Part shown: positions 39,930-51,978 of the stretch, piece by piece
Layout of the letters: each line of letters opens with the position of its first letter
Numbering within the stretch: the stretch's first letter is position 1
The notes under the pieces: model-generated
The model's database searches: none
What the model was told of the DNA's origin: nothing
What the model saw: the letters and a program-made list of their open reading frames with translations, nothing else
NCBI GenBank assembly: GCA_965263295.1
Contig: OZ253665.1
Location: 320,001-384,000, forward strand
Origin: Spirochaetia bacterium
Lineage (GTDB): Bacteria; Spirochaetota; Spirochaetia; SP-2023
Reading direction: 5' to 3'
DNA length: 64,000 nt
Made by a program: the position numbers and the translations under genes

Positions 39930-42900
39930 GTGGGCAACGAGACAAAAGACATTGCTTTAGAGAAACTGATGAGCAAGATAGAGCGGAATTATGTCGGCGA
40001 AGAATATAGTGAAGTTCTTGCTCTGCCGAATCTCGTGGAAGTGCAAACATTGTCTTATGAACGTTTTCTTTCTAATTCTATTCAAGGAGAGCAAAAAGTC
40101 AGCGAAAATTTGCAGGATGTCTTTAATTCTGTATTCCCGATTGAAAGCCCTAATGGCGATCTCTTGATTGAGTACGTTGATTTTTCTCTTGATTATCATG
40201 GTGTCCGCTTCTCGGAAGCCGAATGTAAAAGAAAAGGTCATACTTACGCCGTGCCATTGAAGGCCAGAATTAATCTGGTGTTCCAGCACACCGGAGAGAT
40301 TCGTCAAAAAGGAATTTATATGGGAGATATTCCCATTATGACAGAACGTGGTACCTTTGTTATTAACGGTATTGAACGTATTGTCGTTTCACAATTGCAC
40401 CGTTCGCCCGGTGTCATTTTCAATAATGACAAAGGTGTGTATTCTTCGCGAATTATACCTTATCGCGGCTCTTGGCTGGACTTGGAAGTAGACTCTAAAA
40501 AAGAAGTTGTATATACTAAGATAGACCGCAAAAAACGAATTTTAGTCACGATGTTCTTGCGCGCTCTGGGGCTAAGTACGCGTGAAGAGATCATTGACGC
40601 TTTTTACAAGTCCAAGACGGTGCGTTTGTCGCAGAAGGCCGTCAAGGATTTGCCGGGTTCATATCTGGCCAAGGCGGTCTACGTCAAAGACGAAAACGGT
40701 AGTGAACGCAAGTTGTATCGCGCCGGTGAAAAACTGATGCCTCACGATATTGATGACTTGCAGCACAGCAAAGTCAGCTCAATCAGCATTATCGACATGT
40801 TGGCGGAAGGTTCACTGAACTCGGCTGTGATTTTAAACTGTTTTAAGCGCGAAGCCGGTCTGTTTGCCGAGGACCTTGAAAACAAAAAGGATGAGCCTTC
40901 GCGCGAAGATGCATTTGGCATAGTTTATTCGACGTTGCAGCCTGGTGATCCCGTTACAGTTGAAGCGGCTGATCGCGAGCTACAGAGTATTTTTTTCTCC
41001 GCCCGTCGCTACGACCTGGGCAAGGTGGGGCGTTATAAATTAAACAAAAAGCTCGAAACAAAGGCGCCCAGCACGCTTCAGGTACTGACAATTGAAGATA
41101 TCATTCTTACCGTCAAGCACTTGATTAAAGTCTACGAAGGCTACGAGTCCATAGACGATATCGACCATATGGGCAACCGTCGTGTACGTTCGGTAGGCGA
41201 GCTAATGGCCAACCAGCTCAAGACGGCTTTTAGCCGTATGGAGCGCATTGTGCGCGAACGCATGCCGCTCAAAGATGCCGAGACTTTGAATCCGCAGGAT
41301 CTAATTTCAACTAAGCCGATCGTTTCTGCGATCAAGGATTTTTTTGGTTCCAGCCAGTTATCCCAGTTCATGGAACAGGTCAATCCTCTGGCGGAATTGA
41401 CCCACAAACGGCGCTTGAATGCTTTGGGCCCCGGCGGCTTGTCGCGCGATCGCGCCGGTTTTGAAGTGCGTGATGTGCATTATTCTCATTACGGTCGCAT
41501 GTGCCCGATTGAAACCCCTGAAGGACCGAATATTGGCCTTATCGTTTCACTGGCTAATTATACTCGTATCAATGAATTCGGTTTTTTGGAAACGCCTTAT
41601 CGCCGAGTTGTTAATGGCAAAGTGACCGATCAGATTGAATTTTTGTCTGCCATGGATGAGGAGAAGTGTTACATCGCCCAGGCTTCTGCCGCAATTGATG
41701 AAAGGGGCAACTTTACCGATGAACTAGTGGCTGTGCGCCGTTCTGGAGATTATACCAACAAAACTCCAGATGAGATTGAATATATGGACGTTTCGCCACG
41801 GCAGATCATTTCCACGGCGGCTTCGTTGATTCCTTTTCTGGAGCATGATGATGCCAACCGCGCTTTGATGGGTTGTAACATGCAGCGTCAGGCTGTGCCT
41901 CTGTTGTTCCCTGAGGCCCCCGTTGTCGGCACCGGCATGGAAGCCAAAGCCGCTTATGATGCCGGCATTGTCGCAAAAGCTTGTGAGAGTGGGGAAGTGA
42001 CCTATGTTACTTCGACAGAAATTCGCATTCGCCATGAAGGCGAAGATAAGGACACGAGTTACCCTTTAATCCAGTATGGCCGCACCAACCAGGATACTTC
42101 TTTCCATCAGCGTCCTCTGGTGAGTTTGGGCGATCGTGTCGAGAAGGGGGAATTGATTGCCGATGGTCCGGCAACGGACAAGGGTGAACTGGCTCTGGGT
42201 CGCAACTTGCTGGTCGGTTTTGTGCCTTGGAACGGTTATAATTTTGAGGATGCCGTTTTGATATCGCAGAAAGTCGTCAAGGAAGACTGCTACACTTCAA
42301 TCCATATTAAGGAATTTTCGATTCAGATTCGTGAAACTAAGTTGGGCCTAGATAAAATTACGCGCGACATTCCCAATATTGCGGATAAGAGTCTGGGGCA
42401 TTTGGACGAGGAAGGTATTGTGCGCATCGGCGCTCAAGTCAAATCGGGAGATATTCTAGTCGGTCGCATTACACCAAAATCGGAGTCTGATAGCACGCCC
42501 GAATTCCGTTTGTTGAACTCTATATTTGGAGAAAAGGCCCGTGACGTGCGCGATACTTCGTTGAAATTGCCTCACGGTGTGGAAGGTACAGTTGTGGAAA
42601 TTCAGCGTCTGGCCCGTTCGGCTGGCGACAACTTGGACCCCGGAGTCAATGAGGTGATTAAGGTCGTTCTGGCTACTAAGCGCAAACTGAAGGAAGGTGA
42701 CAAGATGGCCGGTCGCCACGGGAACAAAGGCGTGGTCGCCCGCATTTTGCCCGAAGAGGACATGCCTTTCTTGGAGGATGGGACACCTCTGGAGGTTTGT
42801 CTGAATCCCTTGGGTATTCCATCCCGTATGAACATCGGCCAGATTCTGGAGACTATGTTGGGGCATGCGGGCAAGCGCCTGAACAAATTTTACGAGGCTC

Positions 42901-43439
42901 CGGTTTTCCTGTCGCCAGATGTCGAAGAAATCAGTGCCCTACTCAAAGAATCAGGAGTGTCGGGGGCTTCCAAAATGACAGTCTACGATGGCTTGACCGG
43001 TGACGCCTTTGAAAGCCCAATTTTAGTGGGATATATGTATTATCTGAAATTGCATCACTTAGTCGACGATAAGATGCATGCTCGTTCGACGGGTCCTTAC
43101 TCGTTGGTGACGCAGCAGCCTTTGGGTGGCAAGGCCCAGTTTGGTGGTCAGCGTCTCGGGGAGATGGAAGTGTGGGCACTTGAGGCTTACGGCGCTTCTC
43201 ATACGCTTCAGGAGTTGATGACAGTAAAATCAGATGATATGAATGGTCGTGTTCATGTCTACGAAAGCATTGTCAAAGGAGAGCCGGCTTCGGCCTCTGG
43301 TATTCCTGAGTCGTTTAACGTATTGGTGCAAGAACTTCGCGGCCTAGCCTTGGATGTTTCGGTCTACGATAGCAAAGGTAAGCCATTGCCGCTGACTGAG
43401 CGCGATGATGAATTGATTAATCGTCAGGATTCTTTCTGA
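39930..43439 (+). CDS. rpoB: RNA polymerase beta subunit
   Basis: [29 protein letters not shown] and [20 protein letters not shown] start with GAGGAG RBS (alternative ATG at 39969). Confidence 0.99.
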   Translation: MGNETKDIALEKLMSKIERNYVGEEYSEVLALPNLVEVQTLSYERFLSNSIQGEQKVSENLQDVFNSVFPIESPNGDLLIEYVDFSLDYHGVRFSEAECKRKGHTYAVPLKARINLVFQHTGEIRQKGIYMGDIPIMTERGTFVINGIERIVVSQLHRSPGVIFNNDKGVYSSRIIPYRGSWLDLEVDSKKEVVYTKIDRKKRILVTMFLRALGLSTREEIIDAFYKSKTVRLSQKAVKDLPGSYLAKAVYVKDENGSERKLYRAGEKLMPHDIDDLQHSKVSSISIIDMLAEGSLNSAVILNCFKREAGLFAEDLENKKDEPSREDAFGIVYSTLQPGDPVTVEAADRELQSIFFSARRYDLGKVGRYKLNKKLETKAPSTLQVLTIEDIILTVKHLIKVYEGYESIDDIDHMGNRRVRSVGELMANQLKTAFSRMERIVRERMPLKDAETLNPQDLISTKPIVSAIKDFFGSSQLSQFMEQVNPLAELTHKRRLNALGPGGLSRDRAGFEVRDVHYSHYGRMCPIETPEGPNIGLIVSLANYTRINEFGFLETPYRRVVNGKVTDQIEFLSAMDEEKCYIAQASAAIDERGNFTDELVAVRRSGDYTNKTPDEIEYMDVSPRQIISTAASLIPFLEHDDANRALMGCNMQRQAVPLLFPEAPVVGTGMEAKAAYDAGIVAKACESGEVTYVTSTEIRIRHEGEDKDTSYPLIQYGRTNQDTSFHQRPLVSLGDRVEKGELIADGPATDKGELALGRNLLVGFVPWNGYNFEDAVLISQKVVKEDCYTSIHIKEFSIQIRETKLGLDKITRDIPNIADKSLGHLDEEGIVRIGAQVKSGDILVGRITPKSESDSTPEFRLLNSIFGEKARDVRDTSLKLPHGVEGTVVEIQRLARSAGDNLDPGVNEVIKVVLATKRKLKEGDKMAGRHGNKGVVARILPEEDMPFLEDGTPLEVCLNPLGIPSRMNIGQILETMLGHAGKRLNKFYEAPVFLSPDVEEISALLKESGVSGASKMTVYDGLTGDAFESPILVGYMYYLKLHHLVDDKMHARSTGPYSLVTQQPLGGKAQFGGQRLGEMEVWALEAYGASHTLQELMTVKSDDMNGRVHVYESIVKGEPASASGIPESFNVLVQELRGLALDVSVYDSKGKPLPLTERDDELINRQDSF

Positions 43440-43465
43440 GAAGCCAGGTAAGGAGTTTTACGGAA

Positions 43466-46400
43466 ATGAGAGATATTCAGGAATTTGATAGCTTGAAGAT
43501 CCGCTTGGCATCGCCAGAGCAGATCCGCAGTTGGTCTTATGGCGAGGTCAAAAAGCCAGAGACCATTAACTACCGTAGCCTGAGACCGGAAAGAGACGGT
43601 CTGTTTTGCGAACGTATTTTCGGTACCACGAAAGAATGGGAATGTTTCTGCGGCAAGTTTAAATCAATTCGTTATAAGGGTGTTGTCTGTGATCGTTGTG
43701 GCGTAGAGATCACCCACAGTCGTGTCCGCCGCGAGCGCATGGGGCATGTCGAGCTGGCCGCTCCGGTTTCGCACATATGGTACTACCGCGCGATCCCATC
43801 GAGTATGGGAGCGTTGCTTAGCCTGTCGCAAAGTGCGCTGCGCGCCGTACTGTACTATGAGAAATACATTGTAGTTGATCCGGGGAACACGGAACTGGAA
43901 CTGCATCAACTTCTGACAGAAGGGGAATACACTGAGGCTCGCGATCGCTTTGGCGAAGCCTTCAACGCCGGTATTGGCGCCGAATGTATTAAACAGATGC
44001 TCGAAAATCTCGACTTGGATGCCCTGTCGGCGGAGCTGCGTGCCAGGATGATTGAAAAAGGATCTAAGGCGGATAAAAAGCTGCTCAAGCGTATTGAAAT
44101 TGTTGAGAATTTTAATCGTTCGGACAGTGAAGCCAAGTGGATGATTCTGGATGTAATACCGGTCATTCCGCCCGATCTGCGACCGATGGTTCAGTTGGAT
44201 GGTGGCCGTTTCGCCACCTCTGATCTGAACGATTTGTATCGCCGCGTGATCAACCGCAATAATCGTCTAAAACGTCTGTTGGCTCTTTCGGCGCCAGAAG
44301 TCATCATTCGCAACGAAAAATGCATGTTGCAGGAGGCGGTGGACGCGCTTTTAGACAACTCCAAGCGCAAAAAAGTCAACAAGGGTCCGGCCAATCGTCC
44401 TTTCAAGTCGCTTTCTGATCTACTGAAGGGCAAGCAGGGGCGCTTTCGGCAGAATCTGCTGGGTAAACGCGTCGATTATTCTGGCCGTTCGGTAATTGTG
44501 GTGGGTCCACAGCTCAAGCTACATCAGTGTGGCTTGCCGACCAACATGGCTCTAGAGTTGTATAAACCCTTTATCATGCGCAAGTTGGTAGAGAAAGGGA
44601 TCGTTTTTAACATTAAAAAAGCCAAGACTTTGGTGGAGCAGACCACCACTGAAGTTTGGGAAGTTCTGGATGAAGTGGTATGCGAGCATCCTGTGCTGCT
44701 GAATCGCGCCCCGACGTTGCACCGCTTGGGTATCCAGGCATTTGAGCCTGTACTCGTCGAAGGCAAGGCCATCCAGCTCCATCCGCTCGTCTGTCATGCA
44801 TTTAACGCTGACTTTGACGGCGACCAAATGGCGGTGCATTTGCCCCTGACCCAGGCGGCACAGGTTGAGTGTTGGTCTCTGATGTTGGCCTCTAAAAACC
44901 TCATGAACCCGGCCAATGGCATGTCTGTGGTGTTCCCTTCGCAGGACATAGTCCTGGGTATCTATCTGTTGACCAAGCCGCGCAAGGGAGACAAGGGAGA
45001 GGGCCGCCATTTCTCCAGTTTTAATGAGGTGTTAAAGGCTTTGGACTTAAAGCAAGTCAGCTATCATTCGCTGATTAAAGTTCCCAATCCGGCGTTTGCC
45101 AAAGAGAATGCTGAAACGAAACCACGTTGGCTGGAGACGACTCCGGGGCGTGTCGTTTTTAATATGGCGATTCCCCATATTGCTGGCTTTGTGAATGAAA
45201 CATTGGGTGATAAGGGTTTGCGCAATTTGATTGAGCGCTCTTTCGAGGAGAATGGAGCTGCGCTTACCGTGGAGCTGTTAGATAATATCAAGGCCGTTGG
45301 TTTCCGGCATGCTACGTTGCTCGGTTGTTCCATTGGCATCGACGATATCCTGATTCCCGATGAGAAGCGTGAGCTGATTGAGAAGTCCAATCAAGATGTG
45401 GCCAGGATTCAAGAGCAGTATCGTTCTGGCCACATAACCAACGAAGAACGCTACAATCGCGTAGTCGAAGTTTGGAGCAAGACGAATGAAGACTTGACTC
45501 GCCTGATGATGGACTTGTTGTCGGAAGATCAGCAAGGGTTTAATAATGTTTATATTATGGCAGACTCTGGGGCTCGTGGGTCGCGCAACCAAATCCGCCA
45601 GTTGGCGGGCATGCGCGGGCTGATGGCGAAGCCCTCTGGTGATATTATTGAGCTGCCGATTCGCTCCAATTTTAAAGAAGGCCTTTCAGTAATTGAATTC
45701 TTTATTTCGACTAACGGTGCCCGCAAGGGGCTGGCTGATACGGCCTTGAAGACGGCGGATGCCGGTTACTTGACTCGCCGTTTGGTCGATATTTCACAGG
45801 ATGTAGTCGTCAATCAGGAAGACTGCGGCACTATTAACGGCATTGTGATGTCGGCGCTGAAGGGGAGCGGCGAAGAGATTGTTGAGAGCCTCGCGGATCG
45901 AATTCGCGGTAGTTATACCCTAGAACGTGTCAAGCATCCAATCACTGGCGCTTTAATTCTTGATGTGAATGAAGAAATTACCGATGCCATTGCCAATCAT
46001 ATTGAGCAGATTGGTATTGAAGAGGTTCGCGTGCGCACTGTGCTGACTTGTGAAGCCCGTTACGGCGTGTGTTGCAAGTGCTATGGTCGCGATCTTTCGA
46101 CTCGTAAGACTGTCAACGTCGGCGAAGCTGTCGGTATTTTGGCGGCACAGTCCATCGGCCAGCCGGGGACTCAGTTGACCATGCGTACTTTCCATGTCGG
46201 CGGAACAGCCTCGACCGTCGCCGAAGACAACAAAATTGCTTTGAAATATCCCGTGCTGGTGCGTGACATTCAGGGTCATTACCTGGATATGGGGGAGAAG
46301 CGTTTGCTCTTTACTCGCAAGGGTTACATCTTCGTTTCCAAAATTCTTGAACAGCACAGTTTGGCCGCAGGTGACAAATTTCTGCTGGAAGATGGGGAGC

Positions 46401-47902
46401 GCGTCGTCAAGGGCGTGCCGATTATTGAGCGCAATGATGAAGTGATTGAAGCCCAGCAGACGGCCTTTATCGTGCGCAAGCCAGATAGCTTGCTGCTCGT
46501 TGCCCAAGACCAGCGTTTGGAAGTCCGCAACGGTTCAAACGTTGGCGTCAAGATTGGCCAGATTGTTGGTATTGACGAACCGATTGCTGTATTTGATCCT
46601 TTTAGCGATCCAATTATTGCTGAGCAGGGCGGTAGAGTTCGGCTTGTCGACTTAATTAATGGTGTCACCTTGCGTGAGGAGCTCAATGAGGAAACGGGCA
46701 ACATTGAAAAGAAGATTGCCGAGCAGTTCTCGCAAAGCCTGGAGCCCCGCATTGAGTTATTAGACGACAGCGATGAAGTGATTGGCAATTATTACTTGCC
46801 GGGTGGTTCTTACTTGAGCGTTGAAGATGGGGCCAGAATTGCCGCGGGTCGCGTTCTGGCCAAGTTGCTGAAGGAGAATGCCAAGACTCAGGATATTACT
46901 GGCGGTTTGCCGCGAGTGGTTGAACTGTTTGAAGCTCGCCGGCCCAAGAATGCTGCGATTCTGGCCAGTATAACGGGCACCGTGCATTTTCGCGGCTTGT
47001 TTAAAGGTAAGCGTCTGGTGATTGTCGAAGACCCATATGGTAACGAGAGTCGTCACCTGATCCCCCAAGGGCGTCATTTGCTGGTACGCGATGGTGACCC
47101 TGTGGTCGTCGCCGAGCCACTTTGTGATGGCCCGATTGATCCGCACACAGTGCTGGAAATTCAGGGTGAAAACGCTTTACAGCGCTTCTTGGTGGATGAA
47201 GTTCAGGAAGTATACCGTATGCAGGGGGTAAATATTAACGACAAGCACATAGGTGTAATTATCCGCCAGATGATGAGCAAGGTAGAAATCGTAGATGTAG
47301 GTGATACCCAGTTTATTTATGGCCAGCAAGTCGATAAGTATACCTTTCGCACGCAGAACGAAAGTGTTCTCCGTGAGGGGGGGCGCCCAGCTGTAGCCCG
47401 GCCATTGCTCCAAGGTATAACTAAGGCCTCGCTGAACATCAACTCGTGGGTTTCGGCCGCATCGTTCCAGGAAACTACGCGGGTACTCACCAATGCAGCG
47501 ATTGCTGGAAGTACCGATCCTTTGAATGGTTTAAAGGAAAATGTGATCATTGGCCACATGATTCCAGCAGGTACGGGTATGAAGAAGTACCGCGATTTAC
47601 AGCTTTATACTGAGGATATGGAAGACTTGGACGCCCATATTCAGGAAATTTTGGAGCAGCGTCGCATTGAACAGGAAGAGGCTGAGCGTTTGGCTTTAGA
47701 GCAGGAGGCAAAAGAGGACCTGATTCTAGAGGATGATCCTTTCCCATTCTTTGATGATTCTGCACCGGCGGAAACAGTTAAGGCTCCCAAGTCTTTTGAA
47801 AGTAATGACAATAGTCCTTCAGATGAAAGTGATTCTACTTGTGATGAAGATGAGGAAACGTATGATGACTTCGCGGACACAGAAGGAGATGTCGGGGCTT
47901 AG
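43466..47902 (+). CDS. rpoC: RNA polymerase beta' subunit
   Basis: Zn finger CFCGK...[16 protein letters not shown] and TQLTMRTFH; long acidic C-terminal tail. Confidence 0.99.
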   Translation: MRDIQEFDSLKIRLASPEQIRSWSYGEVKKPETINYRSLRPERDGLFCERIFGTTKEWECFCGKFKSIRYKGVVCDRCGVEITHSRVRRERMGHVELAAPVSHIWYYRAIPSSMGALLSLSQSALRAVLYYEKYIVVDPGNTELELHQLLTEGEYTEARDRFGEAFNAGIGAECIKQMLENLDLDALSAELRARMIEKGSKADKKLLKRIEIVENFNRSDSEAKWMILDVIPVIPPDLRPMVQLDGGRFATSDLNDLYRRVINRNNRLKRLLALSAPEVIIRNEKCMLQEAVDALLDNSKRKKVNKGPANRPFKSLSDLLKGKQGRFRQNLLGKRVDYSGRSVIVVGPQLKLHQCGLPTNMALELYKPFIMRKLVEKGIVFNIKKAKTLVEQTTTEVWEVLDEVVCEHPVLLNRAPTLHRLGIQAFEPVLVEGKAIQLHPLVCHAFNADFDGDQMAVHLPLTQAAQVECWSLMLASKNLMNPANGMSVVFPSQDIVLGIYLLTKPRKGDKGEGRHFSSFNEVLKALDLKQVSYHSLIKVPNPAFAKENAETKPRWLETTPGRVVFNMAIPHIAGFVNETLGDKGLRNLIERSFEENGAALTVELLDNIKAVGFRHATLLGCSIGIDDILIPDEKRELIEKSNQDVARIQEQYRSGHITNEERYNRVVEVWSKTNEDLTRLMMDLLSEDQQGFNNVYIMADSGARGSRNQIRQLAGMRGLMAKPSGDIIELPIRSNFKEGLSVIEFFISTNGARKGLADTALKTADAGYLTRRLVDISQDVVVNQEDCGTINGIVMSALKGSGEEIVESLADRIRGSYTLERVKHPITGALILDVNEEITDAIANHIEQIGIEEVRVRTVLTCEARYGVCCKCYGRDLSTRKTVNVGEAVGILAAQSIGQPGTQLTMRTFHVGGTASTVAEDNKIALKYPVLVRDIQGHYLDMGEKRLLFTRKGYIFVSKILEQHSLAAGDKFLLEDGERVVKGVPIIERNDEVIEAQQTAFIVRKPDSLLLVAQDQRLEVRNGSNVGVKIGQIVGIDEPIAVFDPFSDPIIAEQGGRVRLVDLINGVTLREELNEETGNIEKKIAEQFSQSLEPRIELLDDSDEVIGNYYLPGGSYLSVEDGARIAAGRVLAKLLKENAKTQDITGGLPRVVELFEARRPKNAAILASITGTVHFRGLFKGKRLVIVEDPYGNESRHLIPQGRHLLVRDGDPVVVAEPLCDGPIDPHTVLEIQGENALQRFLVDEVQEVYRMQGVNINDKHIGVIIRQMMSKVEIVDVGDTQFIYGQQVDKYTFRTQNESVLREGGRPAVARPLLQGITKASLNINSWVSAASFQETTRVLTNAAIAGSTDPLNGLKENVIIGHMIPAGTGMKKYRDLQLYTEDMEDLDAHIQEILEQRRIEQEEAERLALEQEAKEDLILEDDPFPFFDDSAPAETVKAPKSFESNDNSPSDESDSTCDEDEETYDDFADTEGDVGA

Positions 47903-47920
47903 AGTTTGAGCTGTCATCTG

Positions 47921-47952
47921 AAAAAGAGAGGAGCGAGTGCCTCTCTTTTTTT
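47921..47952 (+). terminator. Intrinsic terminator after rpoC
   Basis: aaaaagagagg ... cctctcttttttt. Confidence 0.88.
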
Positions 47953-48079
47953 GCGTATTTTATCACCCTCCAAGGCTTTTAATTGTAATAAGTAATAAAA
48001 TTGTGATAACAAATTGGCATAAACAGGCAGTATTGTGCCTATTTTGCAAATAATGTAGGGGAGAAATGATTCCAAATAT

Positions 48080-49510
48080 ATGAAAATACTACCCTCTTGG
48101 CAGAGTATTGTAGCTGATTACAGGAAGATTGTCTTGTTAGCCTTTCCTGTGGTTTTTAGTAATGCCGTCGATACTGTGATGATGATGCTAGATCGCCTGT
48201 TTCTGGCTCGGGTGGTTGTTGATGGTGGCAGTGAGGTATTGCTGGGAGGGGCAATGGGTGGGGCTGTTATAAGCTGGCTGGTACAGGCTCCACTCGTCGG
48301 CTTGCTCTTGTATACCAATGCTCTGGCTTCACAGAATTTTGGGCGCGGTAATTTGCCGCGCTGTACTCAGGTAAGTGCGCAAGCTATGTATTGGGCTCTT
48401 GCGCTCTATCCATTTATGTTGTTTTTGGCTGGCTTTACTCCAGATATTCTGATCTGGATGGGACACGACCCCGTTATGGCGGATGCGGAGTGGACTTATT
48501 CTCGGATTCTAATATATGGGGGACTATTTTCGCAGTTGCGAATTCCACTGAACAGTTTTTTTATTGCCAGTAACCGATCAAGCCTGGTCATGAGAGTTTC
48601 GTTTATCGGTCTTATGTTCAATATCCCGATGGATTACTGGCTTATATTTGATGTCCCTTTCAGCTTGAATATGGGTGCCTGGGGGAATTGGAATCTGCAG
48701 CCCAGCGCTTTGGGGCTAAGCACTGGTATTGCCGGGGCAGCAGTTGCCACGCTAGCTGCACAGTCATTGACGTTTTGTTTATTATTTGTGCTGTTCTTGC
48801 GCCAGAGACGTGAGTATCGTGTCGCGGAATCTTGGTATCTGCGCCTAGATATTCACAGTGAGTTGCTGCGTTTTGGCTTGCCAGCCTCCCTGGAAGGCTC
48901 TTTAGTCTCGTTTTCCTTTAATATCTTCCTGATGCTGTTTAATGCGATCAGCCCTTTGGTTGCGGCCGCAGGTACCATCACTTTTAGCTGGGACCTATGC
49001 AATTTCATTGTTTTAATGGGTATTGGCACGGCGACGACGACTTTGGTGGGGCAAAGTTTAGGAGAAGGCAATATTTTGCGAGCCAAACGCTACACGTGTT
49101 TGATTCTTCTTGGAGCCTTGAGTTTTTCGGGGTTTATCAGTCTATGGTTTATCTTTGCGCCGGATTTACTGAGCCGGGTTTTTGTCTCGGAAGCGGCTTT
49201 GGAACGGGAAGCATTGCTGGCCATGAGCCACAAAATGCTACGTCTGGCCACGTTTTACCTGCTGGCGGATGCTGTGGGGGTTGTGATGAGGGGAGCGCTG
49301 AACGGGGCTGGCGATACGTTTGCCGTTATGCTTATTTCCGCGTCATGGCACCTATTGTTACTCGTTGGAGCCGTTGTTGTACTGCGTGTTCTTCATTTAG
49401 GCGCTATTGAAGTTTGGACTTTTTTTGTTGTTTATGTTTTGTTTATGAATGCGACCTTTGCCCTGCGGTATATGAGTGGGCGCTGGTCTCGGCGTTGGGC
49501 TTCGCTGTGA
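48080..49510 (+). CDS. MATE-family efflux transporter
   Basis: LAFPVV...DRLFLA, ASQNFG, NIPMDYWLIF, GIAGAAVAT, LRFGLP and GALNGAGDT; about 12 TMs. Confidence 0.93.
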   Translation: MKILPSWQSIVADYRKIVLLAFPVVFSNAVDTVMMMLDRLFLARVVVDGGSEVLLGGAMGGAVISWLVQAPLVGLLLYTNALASQNFGRGNLPRCTQVSAQAMYWALALYPFMLFLAGFTPDILIWMGHDPVMADAEWTYSRILIYGGLFSQLRIPLNSFFIASNRSSLVMRVSFIGLMFNIPMDYWLIFDVPFSLNMGAWGNWNLQPSALGLSTGIAGAAVATLAAQSLTFCLLFVLFLRQRREYRVAESWYLRLDIHSELLRFGLPASLEGSLVSFSFNIFLMLFNAISPLVAAAGTITFSWDLCNFIVLMGIGTATTTLVGQSLGEGNILRAKRYTCLILLGALSFSGFISLWFIFAPDLLSRVFVSEAALEREALLAMSHKMLRLATFYLLADAVGVVMRGALNGAGDTFAVMLISASWHLLLLVGAVVVLRVLHLGAIEVWTFFVVYVLFMNATFALRYMSGRWSRRWASL

Positions 49511-49726
49511 GTGCGTAACTTGAGGGGTTGTTGTTGCCGCAATAGCGACTGAAATAAACTTGCATTTTTTGAAAAAACGATATTTTTTCTTTGTCAGACT
49601 GGGTGATCTTGATTACAGTTAGTAGTTGCAGGTTTCAGGCTTGAATTTTTTACAGCCGGTTTTGCATTTCTGGAGGGGAAAGCATGACTCAGCTCCTGTT
49701 TTGAGCACAAGTTATGTGAAATTTTT

Positions 49727-51976
49727 GTGATGAAAAGAGTTCTTTCGGCCTTGTTGGTATGGGGCGCGATAATGACTACAGAATTGGTTCCGCCACTGTG
49801 CGCGGATGTTGTATATCACCTTTCTATTCTAGTTGACCCTAATCTTAATGACTCTGTCGCGCTGGTCAATCTGTTTCCAGGTAACAGTTCGGTTAGTGTG
49901 GCTAATGCGGATACGGGGCGGCGCGAGGTCTTTACTGTTCAGCAGCGCAATTCAATTGGACGTAAAATTGCACTTTCTCCGAATGCGGCTAAGCGCTTGG
50001 GTCTGGGTGAAGGCAGTATTGCTGAGGTGCGGATCGTTGAATTAGCTCTGAATGGCGATACCACAGGCAGAGACGTAAACCCTGCGGCGGAGTACCAAGA
50101 CATTGTGGCGAGTCCGATCGGCACCGATGGCTCTTTTTCACGCCCAACGTTAGAGCCTGTTTCCAGTGGCTCTTCTGCTTCTTCGGCAGCGCCAGATATG
50201 GAGGCTCACAGTCCTGCCGGTAACTTTAGTGGTCCCAGTCTCCCTGGCGCTCAAACCTCTGACCTACCCAGTGAGCCTATTGTCCAGAATGCCGTGCCGG
50301 AAATCTATACTGAGCCTTTGGCAGATGGTCTACCGCCGGCAGCCCAGGCTCCGGTGGCTAATGCGGCCAAACCCTCGAAACGTTCTGCCAACGCCAATGA
50401 TGAATCGTTGGTGATCAACATGCGAGATCAGGACTTGCATATCCCTCTGCCGGCCAAGGGTAAGGAATTGAAGGCGCAGAATCCAACACCTAATTCCATC
50501 GCAGGCAGCGGTACGCCAACGGAACCCTTAAAAAAAGATAGGCCTCCTGATGAGCCGCTTACGACTCAGCTCCCAGCAGGAGATCCGTTTGCCGCGCGTT
50601 CTAGAGCTGTGGACAATGATGACGGTGCGGATCTTACTGAGATACAATTTTATAGTCCGGTGACGAAGCGAAATACTCCACCTTTAAAATCAAAGAACTT
50701 GAATACGGTGGCCCCACAGGCAAACCCTAATGCCGCCAAAGCGGAATCAATATCCGGGACTGAGCAACCAAAGCTGGCACAGACGAATGAACCGCGAGCT
50801 ACTAGAAGATATGAACCTGAGAGTGGAGTAATATCGCCGATGGGAGATGTTCAATCCTTTAATGAAGCAACGGCAAGTCGTGCCCCTTCCGGGGAGCGGT
50901 CTTCTAGTGAGGGGAACTCAGTTTTGAATCGTCCTGCCGATTTGGGCTTGCGAGCGGGCGGTTCGGACGAGTTGCCGAGCGAAAACAAAAAGAAGCCTCT
51001 CAATGAGGCAATAGCCAGTCGGGCCCCTTCTGAGGAACAGTCTTCTTCTGCGGATAACTCGGTTTTGAATCGTCCTGCCGATTTGGGCTTGCGAGCGGGC
51101 GGTTCGGACGAGTTGCCGAGCGAAAACAAAAAGAAACCTCTCAATGAGGCAATAGCCAGTCAGGCCCCTTCTGGGGAACAGCCTTCTTCTGAAGGCAACT
51201 CGGTTCTGAATCGTTCTGCCGATTTGGGCCTGCGAGCGGGCGGTTCGGACGAGTTGCCGAGCGAAAACAAAAAGAAACCTCTAGATGAGGCGATGACAAG
51301 CCGTGTCCCTTTAAGGGAGCGGTCTTCTACTGAGGGTAACTCAGTTTTGAATCGTCCTGCCGATTTGGGCTTGCGAGCGGGCAGTCTGGACGAGTTGCCG
51401 AGCGAAAGCAGAAAAACCCCTCAAGTTGACAGTACCCCCGATAGTCCTCAAATTTACTTTCCAAAAGCGGCAGACATGAGTCCGCCACCTTCTAGTGGCA
51501 AGGAGTTATTAGAACCGCCAACTAGTGTCATTGCTATTAAGCCGCCTGTTAATTCCCCCAAGGATTCGCGTTTGGAGTCGCTAGCGACTCCAAACGCGAT
51601 GGTTACTTCGCCACGAGATAAGCGCAAAATGCAGCCTGTAGCTCCCACCCCCCTGGCTCCAACCGACAGTCGGGCTGCTTCCTCTGAGCCAGTCAGGGCA
51701 AAATCCGCCCCAGTTCATGTAATTGGTAGTCTGAACAACTTGGGACTGCCCACGGGTTATTACATTCAACTGGCCTCGTTCCAAGATGTGCGCAAGACTC
51801 GGCCGGTTTATCAGCAGTTTGTCAACGAATACAAAATGAATGTAGTCCCGACTGAGATTGACGGTCAGAAATACTATCGTTGTCTGATTGGGAACCTGAA
51901 TGAGTCGGAAGTTGCCTCAGTCCTACGCAAGGTCCGCTCGGCAGGTTATAAGGATGCTTTTGTGTATAAGAACTAA
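49727..51976 (+). CDS. SPOR-domain protein with degenerate RlpA-like DPBB N-terminal domain and repeat linker
   Basis: Signal peptide; FPGNSSVSVAN..TGR..IALSPNAAKRLGL; Pro/Ser-rich linker; C-terminal YYIQLASF...YYRCLIG...GYKDAFV. Confidence 0.8.
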   Translation: MMKRVLSALLVWGAIMTTELVPPLCADVVYHLSILVDPNLNDSVALVNLFPGNSSVSVANADTGRREVFTVQQRNSIGRKIALSPNAAKRLGLGEGSIAEVRIVELALNGDTTGRDVNPAAEYQDIVASPIGTDGSFSRPTLEPVSSGSSASSAAPDMEAHSPAGNFSGPSLPGAQTSDLPSEPIVQNAVPEIYTEPLADGLPPAAQAPVANAAKPSKRSANANDESLVINMRDQDLHIPLPAKGKELKAQNPTPNSIAGSGTPTEPLKKDRPPDEPLTTQLPAGDPFAARSRAVDNDDGADLTEIQFYSPVTKRNTPPLKSKNLNTVAPQANPNAAKAESISGTEQPKLAQTNEPRATRRYEPESGVISPMGDVQSFNEATASRAPSGERSSSEGNSVLNRPADLGLRAGGSDELPSENKKKPLNEAIASRAPSEEQSSSADNSVLNRPADLGLRAGGSDELPSENKKKPLNEAIASQAPSGEQPSSEGNSVLNRSADLGLRAGGSDELPSENKKKPLDEAMTSRVPLRERSSTEGNSVLNRPADLGLRAGSLDELPSESRKTPQVDSTPDSPQIYFPKAADMSPPPSSGKELLEPPTSVIAIKPPVNSPKDSRLESLATPNAMVTSPRDKRKMQPVAPTPLAPTDSRAASSEPVRAKSAPVHVIGSLNNLGLPTGYYIQLASFQDVRKTRPVYQQFVNEYKMNVVPTEIDGQKYYRCLIGNLNESEVASVLRKVRSAGYKDAFVYKN
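50861..51424 (+). repeat. Four in-frame 141-bp (47-aa) tandem repeats
   Basis: Units start at 50861, 51002, 51143 and 51284; core NSVLNRPADLGLRAGGSDELPSENKKKPL. Confidence 0.97.
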
Positions 51977-51978
51977 AA

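Noticed and set aside
50861..51424. Regularly spaced repeats as a CRISPR array
   Set aside because: The 141-bp units are in-frame coding repeats; the intervening segments are homologous, not unique spacers; no cas genes.
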